A stretch of 64,000 nucleotides of DNA. It comes from an uncultured Planctomycetota bacterium. Lineage in GTDB: Bacteria; Planctomycetota; Planctomycetia; Isosphaerales; Isosphaeraceae. The DNA lies in the NCBI GenBank assembly GCA_963737655.1, contig CAVTTN010000002.1:5568001-5632000 (forward strand), given 5' to 3'. Position numbers and translations under genes: made by a program. Below, piece after piece: positions 50,846 to 61,125 of the stretch. Position 1 is the stretch's first letter; every line of letters begins with the position of its first letter. The notes beneath the pieces were generated by a model. That model searched no databases. It was not told the origin of the DNA and saw nothing but the letters and a program-made list of their open reading frames with translations.

Positions 50846-51067
50846 TCACAATTCGTCGTTGCACTGGCAGAAGTCTTGCGAGCAGTTGGCGGGGATGGAG
50901 CAGGTGCCCTTGGTGCAGCCGTTCGTCGGGTCTGTCTTGCAATCATTGGTCGTGGGGGGCGGCACAGGGTCGGCGAGCGAGTCCGCCTGTGGGACTCCGA
51001 GTAGCAGGATTCCGAGCCCCGCACCCATGAGAGTAGGTGAGCCGAGGGCGCAGATCCGACTGAGCAT
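50846..51067 (-). CDS. Secreted six-cysteine micro-protein
   Basis: AGGAG RBS; hydrophobic leader; mature part NDCKTDPTNGCTKGTCSIPANCSQDFCQCNDEL. Confidence 0.7.
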   Translation of the reverse strand: MLSRICALGSPTLMGAGLGILLLGVPQADSLADPVPPPTTNDCKTDPTNGCTKGTCSIPANCSQDFCQCNDEL

Positions 51068-51177
51068 CTCTTCCACTCCTCTCCTGAACCACCCGGATGA
51101 TCGGAGCCGGCCCCCACGGGCCGGCTCCCCTCGAGCGAGGTCTCAATCTGGCGAGCGGTGCGTGATGCGAAGCGCGA

Positions 51178-51660
51178 TCACGAATTGGACGCGGCGTGTT
51201 CGTCCCGATCGCCCGCGACGACAACTCGGCCCGTGACACGAAGCGCGATCACTGATTGGACCGCCGAATCAGTGCACAAACGAATTGACTGGGCCACGCG
51301 ATCGTTCTCGGTCCGTGGTCGTATTGCAATAGACACCTCACGAACCGCCCCGGGCTCAATCCTCAGGGGAAAGCCACCTAGCGAGGTACAAGAACATGAC
51401 GTAGTCCCACCGACGATCGTTATGGCTTCACTCCCGAGGTTCCGAATCGTGAAGGCTGCATGCCTGGTCTGTCCCTTGGGGCAATCTCCCAGATCGATGG
51501 AACCAGGCTTGACCAAGAGGCGGTCCCCACGAATATAGGCGATGGCTGCATCCGGCGGACCGATGAGGAGATACCCCAAACCGATACCGAGAAGAGCCGC
51601 TACCGCGACCCCAAGGAGGCCATCTCTGATCCAGGCAAGAGCTTTCCGTCGAAATTTCAC
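51178..51660 (-). CDS. DUF1573 (Ig-like) domain protein
   Basis: TM; IDLGD...FTIRNLG...I.GGTTSCSCT...P..IEPG; GTGA overlap with the upstream gene. Confidence 0.8.
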   Translation of the reverse strand: MKFRRKALAWIRDGLLGVAVAALLGIGLGYLLIGPPDAAIAYIRGDRLLVKPGSIDLGDCPKGQTRHAAFTIRNLGSEAITIVGGTTSCSCTSLGGFPLRIEPGAVREVSIAIRPRTENDRVAQSIRLCTDSAVQSVIALRVTGRVVVAGDRDEHAASNS

Positions 51661-52133
51661 CGGGACGGCCTCCCCTTAGCATCGTTGCCCCAGCCTACCG
51701 ACAACTCCACCAAGGCGCGAAAGACGAGCGCATCTTGGGCGTCGTAGCCGAGAACTTGGACGGCGAGCCGGCCCTGGAATTCTCGTTCATCCCCGGGATC
51801 GTAGAGGACACGGACTTCCGCTGACTTACCGGCAGGGACTCGAACACGCGAAGGATCGATGTGGATGCAGCCACAGCTAACTTCGAAGCGTCCGAGGACA
51901 ACATCATTGTCGGCCGGGTTGTGAAGGGCGAACTTTGAACGCGCAATTTGCCCGGGAACCAACTCGCCGAGCGAGATTTGTGGTGGGAGAACGTTGAGTC
52001 TCTCCCCGCCACTCGACTCAAGAAGAAGGGGACTCGGGGCGCTTGTTTCTCGGGCGCAGCCGGGTGCCGGGAGGCCCGCCGAGGCGAGGACGAGCGTCAG
52101 GACGATTCGAGGCGAAGGGCGTCGGCCCTTCAT
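51657..52133 (-). CDS. DUF1573 (Ig-like) domain lipoprotein
   Basis: Lipobox-like APGC; ISLGEL...FALHNP...VSCGCI...VPAG. Confidence 0.8.
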   Translation of the reverse strand: MKGRRPSPRIVLTLVLASAGLPAPGCARETSAPSPLLLESSGGERLNVLPPQISLGELVPGQIARSKFALHNPADNDVVLGRFEVSCGCIHIDPSRVRVPAGKSAEVRVLYDPGDEREFQGRLAVQVLGYDAQDALVFRALVELSVGWGNDAKGRPSR

Positions 52134-52400
52134 CGTCGCGCCGCCTTCCGAACCTGGAAGAAATCCACGTCCGCCGATCCGATCGTTCGCGACACTATGC
52201 GATCCGAGCCGGGCCTGTCGAGGGGCATCCCGAGAATCTTCGGGGGGCCGGGGATCGGGGGCCGAAGTCCGGATTTCCGCAGGTCAAGCCGTCCCCTCCT
52301 TTCGGCGTCCGCCCCCTTGATTCCTAGGGGCGGGCCCTCCGAAAATCGGGGGCCAGCGATCCGCCGCCCTGCGTTTACCCCTCGCTCCGAGGATTCGTTG

Positions 52401-52682
52401 ATGACGACCGCCGATGTGGAGTGCCCCGAGTGTGCCCGGGTCCTGCCGATGCCGGAGGCGCAGCTTGGGACCGAGGTCAAGTGCCCTCATTGCAAGACGA
52501 TCTTCACGGCCGAGGCGGGCGCGGGGGCCTATGAGTTCGCCGACTCGGCGCCTCGGGCGGCTTCGCCCCGGGCCGATCGGGAACGTCCGGCTTCGGTCGA
52601 TCCCGACGAGGACAACGCGCCTCCCGAGACGGAGGCCGAGCGTCGTCTCCGCGAATCGATGGAGAAGTGGGCCGAGGAGTAG
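52401..52682 (+). CDS. Small zinc-ribbon protein
   Basis: GAGG RBS; CPEC...CPHC followed by an acidic tail. Confidence 0.7.
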   Translation: MTTADVECPECARVLPMPEAQLGTEVKCPHCKTIFTAEAGAGAYEFADSAPRAASPRADRERPASVDPDEDNAPPETEAERRLRESMEKWAEE

Positions 52683-52744
52683 GCGGGGCGGGGCCTCGTC
52701 GCGGAGGAAATCCCTCTCCGGCGAGGCCCCCTGCCCTCGGGCCG

Positions 52745-54118
52745 TCAGCCCACCAGCACTTCCGAACCCGCGGCCTTGCCGTTGCCGTTGGCGTGGGCCC
52801 CGCCGAGGAGGTCGGCGCCGAGGGCCGTCTCGCCGTGCTGGCTGAGGTCCAGCCCCTCGATTTCCTGCTCCTCGGTCACTCGCAAGGGGATGATCAGGTC
52901 GGTGATCTTGTACAGGATAATCGACCCGACGAAGGTGAACGCGGAGACCAGCACCAGGGCGAGCAGGTGATAGAGGAACGTGGTGGTCTTGCCCGAGGTC
53001 AGCCCCACGTCCTTGGCGAAAATCCCGGTGGCGACCATGCCGACCATCCCCCCCAGGCCGTGGCAGGGGAACACGTCCAGGGTGTCGTCCAGGTCGGACT
53101 TGGTCCTCAGGTGGACGGCCAGGTTGCTGATCACGCTGGCGACCAGGCCGATGACGATGCTCTCGCGGACCGTGACGAAGCCGGCGGCCGGGGTGATCGC
53201 CACGAGGCCGACCACGGCGCCGATGCAGGCGCCCATCGCCGAGGGCTTGTGGCCCCTCATCCAGTCGAAGAACATCCAGGCGAGCATGGCCGAGGCCGAC
53301 GCCGTGTTCGTGGTGGCGAAGGCCATCGCCGCCGTGCCGTTGGCCGCCAGGGCCGACCCGGCGTTGAAGCCGAACCAGCCGAACCAGAGCATCCCCGTCC
53401 CCAGGAGGACGAACGGGACGTTCGCCGGGACGTGGGGATGCTTCGCCAGATGCGCCTTGCGACGGCCCAGGAGCAACGCCCCGGCCAGGGCCGCCCATCC
53501 GGCCGACATGTGAACCACGGTCCCCCCGGCGAAGTCCTTCACGCCCCACTTGTTGAGGATGCCGTCGGGGTGCCAGGTCCAGTGGGCCAGCGGGCAGTAG
53601 ATCAGGAGGCTGAAGAGGACCATGAACAGCAGGTAGGACGAGAACCGGACTCGCTCGGCGAAGCTGCCGGTGATCAGGGCCGGGGTGATGATCGCGAACT
53701 TGAGCTGGAACAGCGCGAAGACCATCAGGGGGATCGTCGCGGCGAGCTTCGGGTGGGTCGCCTCGCCCACGCCGTCGAACATGAAGAACGTCCGGGGGTC
53801 GCCGATCAGGCCGCCGTGGCTGTCGCCGAACGCCAGGCTGAAGCCGACGACCACCCAGAGGATGCTGATCACGCCCAGGGCCACGACGCTCTGAAGCATC
53901 GTCGAGACCACATTCTTGAATCCGACCATCCCGCCATAGAAGAACGAAAGGCCCGGGGTCATCAGCAGGACCAGGGCGGAGGCCGTGAGCATCCACGCCA
54001 CGTCGCCCGAATTGATCGCCTCGCCGGTCGGCACCGGCGGATGCCCCGGCTTGACGAACAGGGCCACGGCTGCCACGGCGACCAAAATGAGGAACGGCAC
54101 GGCCAATGCGCGCTTCAT
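52745..54118 (-). CDS. amtB: Ammonium transporter (Amt)
   Basis: LVLLMTPGLSFFYGG, FQLKFAIIT, DFAGGTVVH, WFGWFGFNAGS, DDTLDVFPCHG, GLDLSQHGE. Confidence 0.95.
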   Translation of the reverse strand: MKRALAVPFLILVAVAAVALFVKPGHPPVPTGEAINSGDVAWMLTASALVLLMTPGLSFFYGGMVGFKNVVSTMLQSVVALGVISILWVVVGFSLAFGDSHGGLIGDPRTFFMFDGVGEATHPKLAATIPLMVFALFQLKFAIITPALITGSFAERVRFSSYLLFMVLFSLLIYCPLAHWTWHPDGILNKWGVKDFAGGTVVHMSAGWAALAGALLLGRRKAHLAKHPHVPANVPFVLLGTGMLWFGWFGFNAGSALAANGTAAMAFATTNTASASAMLAWMFFDWMRGHKPSAMGACIGAVVGLVAITPAAGFVTVRESIVIGLVASVISNLAVHLRTKSDLDDTLDVFPCHGLGGMVGMVATGIFAKDVGLTSGKTTTFLYHLLALVLVSAFTFVGSIILYKITDLIIPLRVTEEQEIEGLDLSQHGETALGADLLGGAHANGNGKAAGSEVLVG

Positions 54119-54575
54119 GGGCGTTCTCGCGGAAAAAAGGGGCACGGACGAGGGAGAGATCGTCGGCCAGCGACGGTCCCGAAGGGGGGGCGACGAACCT
54201 TGAGATCGTCCCAGATCGTTGCGAATCCCAAGGTTGCGCCCTCGGGACGTGGACGACCGGGGCCGACCCCAAGGCGGCGATCAGGACCCAAACGCCGAGG
54301 GGATGCACCGCCCATGCCATCGAAAGGTCTCGGGACGGACGCCCGGCCGCTCGGAAGGCGGTCCTGTCGAGGCTTGAACTCGGCCGCCCCGCCAGGACGA
54401 GCCGGGCCCGGATCGCGGGCGACGGCCTCGGCCATCCGATCGGGTCGATCCGGGCCGTCGCGGTCAAGTTTGCCGATTGTCCGGACGATAACGATTCGGA
54501 GGGGGTGCCTCGGGGCGCCTCGATCCCCGGGGCGGCCGTGGCCCCGTCCGGCCTGGGCGGCCCGGGTCCATCCTC

Positions 54576-55816
54576 ATGCGCGATCTGGGCCGGGAGATCA
54601 GGGGCAGATGGCGGAGGGCGGCTCTCTGGCTGCTCGTCGCGGGCCTTTGCGGGTGCGTGGGGCCGGGGGCGATCCGCCAGACCCGCTTGAAGTATAACGA
54701 GGTCATCCGCGACACGAACGATCAGCAACTCCTGATCAACATCGTGAGGCTCCGCTACGCCGATTCTCCCGTGTTCATCGACTTGCCCAGCATCACCAGC
54801 CAGTTCGAGGTCTCCACCGGCAGCAGCTACGTCGGGAAGAACCAGTCGGTGTCGTCGAACTTCGGTTACGGGGGGTTCTCGGCCCGCGACACGCCGACCT
54901 TGAGCTATCACCCCCGCGAGGGCCGGGAGATCGCCAAGGCGCTGCTGACCCCGCTCTCGGCCGACCTGTTCAGCGTGGTGAACGCCGGGGCCGACCTCGA
55001 GCAGTTGCTCCTCCTGACGCTCAACGACATCAACGACGTGCCCAACGCCCCGGGCTCCACGACCCTGACGCCCCGGCTGGCCGACGACAACGCCGAGTTC
55101 CTCCGGGGGATCCGCCTGATGGCGGCCCTGAGGGCCCGGCAGGCCACCGAGCTGGCGATCTCCACGAGCGAGGAGGCCGACGAGACCTCCGACCCCGTGC
55201 CGAGCGAGACCGTCCAGGGCCGGGACGTCCTGAGCGCCGCCCAGGAAGGGTACGCCTATCGCACCCGGCCCGACGGCAAGCTCGCCCTGATGAAACGGCA
55301 GAAGGAGCTGGTCCTCCGCATCCGGCCCGACGAGACGAACTCGCCCGAGATGCTCGAGATCGCCCGGATCTTCCACCTCGCCCCGGGCCGGACGCACTAC
55401 CGGGTCAAGTCCGAGCTCGCCGAGGATGCCTCCGGCGACGTCCCCAGCCCTCTGGGCTCCGATACAATTTATTTGAACATGCGATCGGTCCTGCAAATCA
55501 TGACGTTCCTCTCCAAGGGCGTGCGCGTGCCCGAGGAGCACGTCGCCTGCGGGATCGCGCCGACGACGCCCGGCCCCGGGGGCGGCCCGTTCGACTGGTC
55601 GGCGGTCATGGCCGGTCACTTCCGGGTCTGCGCCAGAAGAAGAGGCCCAAGGGGGCCGAGGTGGCGGTCTCGTATCGGGGCTACTGGTTCTTCATCGCCC
55701 AGAACGACGTGGAATCCCGGGCCGTCCTGGCGATCCTGGAGCTCCTCTTCGCCTTGCAGGAGGCCGGAGACAAGAACGCCGGGCCGTTGCTGACCCTGCC
55801 GGTGGGCGGGGGGTGA
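54576..55816 (+). CDS. Uncharacterised lipoprotein (frameshift near 55640)
   Basis: Lipobox LCGC; YN.....EQ/QQLL.NIVRLRYAD.P.F; PTLSYHP; shifted C-terminus VSYRGYWFFI...PLLTLPVGGG-stop. Confidence 0.75.
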
Positions 55817-55944
55817 GGCGAGGAAAGGGCCGACGGGAGCGGCTTCGCGGGCGATCGGTCAGGGCCACTCCTCCAGGGGGATGACCCGCGGGAAATCCCC
55901 GGCCACCTGCTCTGTGAACGACCCCGATCGAAGAGGTCGATCGA

Positions 55945-56011
55945 GTGGGTCCGACTTCAGTCGGGCCTACGAAATGTCTTGTTTTGCAGGCCCGACTGAA
56001 GTCGGACCCAC
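55945..56011. repeat. REP family B inverted pair
   Basis: GTGGGTCCGACTTCAGTCGGGCCTAC and GCAGGCCCGACTGAAGTCGGACCCAC. Confidence 0.8.
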
Positions 56012-56341
56012 TCGTTTCCTCATTCTCAACGGGGTTTTCTTCAGGACACCGGCCACCGCCTTCTGGAGAGGCCCGTCGGTCGTGACGCCCACAAGGCCCA
56101 GGTCTTCGGGCAGGGCGAGGAGCGCCTCGGTCAGTCGCTCCCCCTCCTCGGGGATCAGCAATCCGCGATGGACCCGCTTCCAGATCGCCTGAGCGACCTC
56201 GATCAGGGCGAGATCCAGGACGATCAGACGCCCTCCCCGGGTCTTGACGTCGGCGAAGACGCGGAGGGCCTCGGGCGTGTCGGGCTCGATCAGGAGCCAC
56301 TTCGCGACGACGCAACTGTCGGCCACGGCATCAAGCGTCAC
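55967..56341 (-). pseudogene. vapC: VapC/PIN toxin, apparently internally deleted
   Basis: VADSCVVAKW, LIEVAQAIWK and late VTTD are present, but the usual ~35-aa segment containing YDA is absent; the ORF ends inside a REP. Confidence 0.6.
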
Positions 56342-56609
56342 GGATCCGATCCTCGGCGATCTCGGCCGTGCTGTCGGGCAAGGGGCCGCCCCTCCTCGCG
56401 AGGATCTGGCGGTGGATCTCGACGACCCGATCGAGCCAATTTCGCCAGTCCTCCGCCTCCCCGGGACCCGGGCCCCGGACGATCCCCGGGCCCTCGCGCA
56501 AGGAGATGTCGTCGCCCGCGAGAAACGCGCCCCCCCGAGACTCCTCCCCAAGCTCGTTCACCCTCCACCTCCTCCGCCGATGCGCCGGCGGATTCGCTCG
56601 ATCGATCAC
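56331..56609 (-). CDS. Putative antitoxin (start uncertain)
   Basis: C-terminal LPDSTAEIAEDR; overlaps the PIN gene start. Confidence 0.55.
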   Translation of the reverse strand: MIDRANPPAHRRRRWRVNELGEESRGGAFLAGDDISLREGPGIVRGPGPGEAEDWRNWLDRVVEIHRQILARRGGPLPDSTAEIAEDRIRDA

Positions 56610-56757
56610 CGGATCGGCGCGTCACTCCGGGTCATCCTAACGAACGGGGACGCCCCGCCACAACCCGGCCCCTGCTCCCGCCTCGCCCTTCCGCCGCTCG
56701 CGACCGTCCGCTATCGTCGAGGGCCTCACGTCCGGGGGTGCGAGGAGGTTTGGTCCG

Positions 56758-58664
56758 ATGGATGCGATGGGGGACGATCCGGGCTTGGGCGAGGCCCCGG
56801 TTGAGGAGGCCCCGCCCTCGCTGGGGGCGATGGTCCGGCGATCGGTGGGGCGGGCCGGGGGGTTCGGATTGCGGCTCCCCCTCTATGTGGTCGGGCCGAT
56901 CTCGGCGCTCCTGTTGATCGTGGGCGTGATCCCCACGGCGTTCGGCCTCGGGTCGGGCCGGGGGTTCGGGGTTCATGGGATCGTCTTCCAGGCTCTGGGG
57001 TTCTTGCTCGGGGTCGAGGGCCTGGGCGCGATGCTGGGCGGGTCGATCGGCCTGGTTTCGGGGCTGGCGATGTGGGCGAGGGGCCGAGGAGGTTCGGGGT
57101 CGTGGTGGGCCGCCGCGAATCGGCCGATCCGGCTGCTTCCGAAAGCGTCATCCGCGACGCCCAACCCCCGGGCCGGGGCGTTCGTCGCCCCGGTCTCCGA
57201 GGCGGCTCCGCCCCGGTCGCGTCGGTGGCCCTGGACCCTCCTGAGAATCGCGCCCTGGGTCGTCGGCGTGCCGGCGGTGGTGGCGTTCGCGATCGCATTC
57301 GTCGTGGGGATGAACGTGAGGAGGGACGTCGATGCCCGGCTCGCCCGGGCGATCGCCGAGGCCGACCGCGACGACCCGAACTGGCGGATCGACGACCTCA
57401 TGAGGGCCCGCGAGCCGGTCCCCGACGCCGAGAATTCGGCGATCGTGATCAAGCGGGCCCTGGCCCTCTTGCCGAAGGACTGGCCCTCTACGTCGGTCCC
57501 GTTCGGGCGCGGAAGCCGCCTCCGAACGCGGTCGAGCAGGCGTTCTCCGAGCTGAATTCCCTCGAGGATAACGTCCGGCTCGACGACGAGGCGGCCGAGG
57601 CGCTCCGAAACGACCTGAAAACGCATGAGGAAGCCGTCCGCCTGGCCCGGTCCGTCGCCGGGTACCGCCGGGGAAGGCACGAATTGAAGCTCGGCCGGGC
57701 GTTGATCGACACCCTCTTGCCCGAGACCCAGACGAGCCGGCTCGCCGCGCGGTTCCTCCGGGCCGATGCCGCGATCCGAAGCCACGACGGCGACATCGAC
57801 GGCGCCCTCGATTCGGCTCGGGCGATCTTCGGGGTGTCGCGTTCCATCGGCGGCGAGCCGTTCCTGATCTCGCAACTCGTGAAGATCGCCATCGACGGCG
57901 ACGCCCTGAGAGCCATCCTCCGGGCCCTGGGCCAGGGCGAAGCGTCGGATGAGGCACTGGCCCGGGTCCAGGCCGTGATCCTCGACGAGCTGCGGGCGCC
58001 CCTGATGATCCAGGGCCTCCGAGGGGAACGGGGGATGCTCGACGAGCTCATCCGGCGGATTCGCGACGCCGAGATCCCGATCGACTCGCTGAGCGGGATG
58101 ACCGACGCGGAGGTCGTCCCGGAGATCTCCCCCTGGGGCAAGCTAACCTTCGATTACCAGAGGGCCCTCGGCCTGGAATGGTCGGGCGAGCTCCTGAGGA
58201 TCGCCAGGCAGCCAATCAAGGAACGCCCCGCGCTCCTGGATGCCTGGGAGGCCGAGATGGACCGGGTGAGGCAAACCCGGTTCGGCCTCTACACGGCCAC
58301 GCTCCCCCTCCTGATGATGCCGGCGGCCCGAGCGGTCTTCGAGGCCGACGCCCGCCGGCACGGGGAGCTCGGGGCGATGGCCCTCCTGATCGCCTCCGAG
58401 CGCCATCGACGAAAGACCGGCGCGTGGCCCCGGTCGATCGACGAGATCGCGGGCCTCCTGCCGGCCGGGCCGCTCGACCCATTCACGGGCGAAAATTTCT
58501 TGATCTTGCATCAGGACGGCCGGTTCCGGGTCCACTCCGTCGGCCCCGACCTGGAGGACGACCAAGGGGCCTACGACCCGAAAACCTGGATGCACGGCGG
58601 CCCGGACGACGTCGGCGAAGCCCTCTGGGACGTGGACCGGCGCAAGCAACCGGCCGGGCCGTGA
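56758..58664 (+). CDS. Uncharacterised membrane protein, paralogous to 35058..36443 (frameshift near 57510)
   Basis: Three TMs; PVPDAENSA; GDIDGALDSARAIFGVSRSIG.EP.LISQLV; C-terminal WPRSIDE...DPFTG...HSVGPD..DD.G. Confidence 0.75.
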
Positions 58665-58673
58665 GCCGCCGCG

Positions 58674-59597
58674 CTACTTCGCCGGGTGCTCGATGAGCAA
58701 CGGCAGGTCGGTGTAGAGCACGGCGACGCACAGGAGCATCCAGCAGAGGATGCCGATCGCGAGCATGGGGTCGGAGAGGAGGATCTCCTCGGGCGATTCG
58801 CCTCGCCCCTTGACGATCACCTGGTGGCCGTAGCGGAGGACGCAATAGACCACCGGGACGACGGTCACCACCAGCGAGGGGTTGTGGTGCGAGGAGACGC
58901 TGTAGAGCGAATAGGTGAGGATCGTCATCCCGCACATCATGCCGATGACCATGTCGAGATACGCAAGGCTGTACTTGCCGAGGACCGGCCGGGACGTCCC
59001 GGAGTCTTCGCCGAGGCTGGCCAGCTCCCCTTTCCTCTTGGAGAAGCCCAGGAGCAGGGCGAGGAAGAACATGCAGAGGAGGATCCAGGGCGTGGGCCGG
59101 ACGCCGACGGCATAGACGCCGAAGAGGACGCGGAGGACGAACCCCAGGGCGATGCACATGACATCGGCGATCACGGTCCGGTTCAGCCGGAGCGAGTAGA
59201 CGACGTTGAGCGAGGCGTAGACGACCAGGCAGAGGAAGGCCGCGATCCCCAGGGCCCGGGCCATCGCCGCCGAGGCCAGCGCGAGGCCGAGGCAGCTCAG
59301 CAAGGCCACCCAGGGGGGCAGGAGCCCGGAGGCCAGCGGGCGGGACGCCGTCCGGGGGTTGGCGCGATCGCGGGTGCGGTCGAGCAGGTCGTTCAGGAGG
59401 TAGACCGCCGAGGCGATCAGCGAGAAGGCCACGAAGGCCAGCAAGGCGGCGGCCTGCACCCTCGGCTGGAAGAGCTGGCCGGAGAAGACCAGGCCGGCGA
59501 AGCAGGCGACGTTCTTGAGCCACTGCTTGGGCCGCATCGAGCGGACCAGGGCGAAGAGGATCGTCAAGGGGGAAGCGACCGCGTGGGGAGTGGTCAT
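58674..59597 (-). CDS. UbiA-family polyprenyl-phosphate phosphoribosyltransferase-like protein
   Basis: RPKQWLKN, YLLNDLLD...DR..P....RPLASG, GFVLRV, KRKGEL, GESPEE. Confidence 0.88.
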   Translation of the reverse strand: MTTPHAVASPLTILFALVRSMRPKQWLKNVACFAGLVFSGQLFQPRVQAAALLAFVAFSLIASAVYLLNDLLDRTRDRANPRTASRPLASGLLPPWVALLSCLGLALASAAMARALGIAAFLCLVVYASLNVVYSLRLNRTVIADVMCIALGFVLRVLFGVYAVGVRPTPWILLCMFFLALLLGFSKRKGELASLGEDSGTSRPVLGKYSLAYLDMVIGMMCGMTILTYSLYSVSSHHNPSLVVTVVPVVYCVLRYGHQVIVKGRGESPEEILLSDPMLAIGILCWMLLCVAVLYTDLPLLIEHPAK

Positions 59598-61125
59598 CGC
59601 GTCACCTGCGATCCCGAGGCGACGTCGGCCCCGTCCCTCCGCCAAACGGCCAGGAACGAGCCGACCAGGCCGGCGAGGAGGGCCGCCACGACCGGGGCGA
59701 TCAGGCGAGCCGGGACGCCCGCCCTCGCGACCGTGATCCACCAGAAATTGATCGTGTTGCTCGCCTGGACGTTGATCGGCGACTCGCCCTGGACGACGTC
59801 GGGCCGGGCCCGCCCCAGGACCACCAGGACGTTGTGCGCCCCCCCGCGGATCATGTCCCACGACTGCGATTCCCGGACGTCCCAGAGGAACCCCGAGTTG
59901 ACCGTGCCCCGCTCGTCGGCCCTCTCGGCCCGGTAGTGCCAGCTGCCGATCATCGAGGTGAAGGCCAGCAGGAACCCCGCCCCGGCCAGGACGAGGGCGG
60001 CGGCCCTCGGCCCCGGGACCTGGCGATGGCGGGCAGGTCGGCCAGGGCCGGCAGCAGCAGGAGCGGGACGACCGTCACGAAGTGCCGGGGGCCCCAGCCC
60101 CAGGCGCCCCACCACGACCTCAGCTTCGCGTGGAGCAGCAGCCAGGCCCCCGCCAGGATCGCCAGGTACAGCGCCTCCGGCCGATGGGACCGCGCGAACC
60201 GGGGAAACCGCGCGACGGAGAGCACCAGCAGGGGGGCGTAGACGAACACGCTCTTGCCCGGGCTGAACAGGAGGCCCATCACGCCCGTCAGCAGGGGCCC
60301 GTCCAGCCCGTTATTCGCCGCGTACTGGGCGGTCTGGACGGGCGAGACCAGCGGGTTGCCGGTCCTCAGGTGGTTGTACCAGAGCTGCCAGGCCAGGAAC
60401 GGCGCCAGCGCCAGGGCCGCCACCGCCGCCGCCCTCCACGACCGGGCGATCGACCACCCCTCCGCCGCGAGCACGTACACGGCCGACGCCGCGACCGGCA
60501 GGACCATCGAGACCCGGGTCGCCACCCCCAGCCCCAGGAGCGCGAACGCCGCCGCCACGTGCCGGAGCCGGCCGTCCCGCCGGTAGTCCAGGAGGCCGAG
60601 GAACGACCCGGTCAGCAGGGTCCCGCAGAGCACGTTGTCGAAGAGCATCCGCGAGTACGTCCAGCAGAACGTCGTGGTCGCCATCGCCAACGCGCCCAGG
60701 AACGCCCACCGCCGACTCCGCCCGAAGTGGCGACGCAGGATCGCGTACAGCGCCGTCGCCGTCAGGGCCGAATACAACGAACTCTGGAACGGAGGGCCGA
60801 ACTCGCGGACCCTCCTGATCAGCTCGGGAGGCTTCCCCATCGCCGAGAGCCGGGATTCGACCCCGCGCTCCGCGGCCGCCAGCGGCAGCAACATCAACGT
60901 GTTGCCGAATTCGTGCGAGCCGTACGTCCTGCCGTTCGGGGCCACCGTCAGGTTCCAGATCTCCGCCTCCGCGTACCCCAGCTCCCCGGTCTCGAGGATG
61001 TGCAGGGCCAATCCGTAATGGCCCCGCCCCTCCGACATATCCACCCCGCAATTCGTCAGGCAGAATAGCGAGAAAAAGAACAAGAATACGTAACGCTTCC
61101 GCTCGTTCATTAAAGATGAAAACAT
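59594..61125 (-). CDS. GT-C-type polytopic membrane glycosyltransferase (frameshift near 60000)
   Basis: Many TMs; YNHLRTGNP, GLLFSPGKSVFVYAP, WWGAWGWGPRH; ATGA-coupled to the UbiA gene. Confidence 0.7.

Noticed and set aside
50846..51067. Ranthipeptide or lanthipeptide precursor
   Set aside because: Has a Sec-type hydrophobic leader and no modifying enzymes in the window.
54120..54575. Sigma54/NtrC promoter upstream of amtB
   Set aside because: No convincing TGGCAC-N5-TTGC (GG-N10-GC) element found by eye.
52284..55619. 1111-aa minus-strand ORF
   Set aside because: Off-frame over amtB and antisense to the lipoprotein gene; no motifs.
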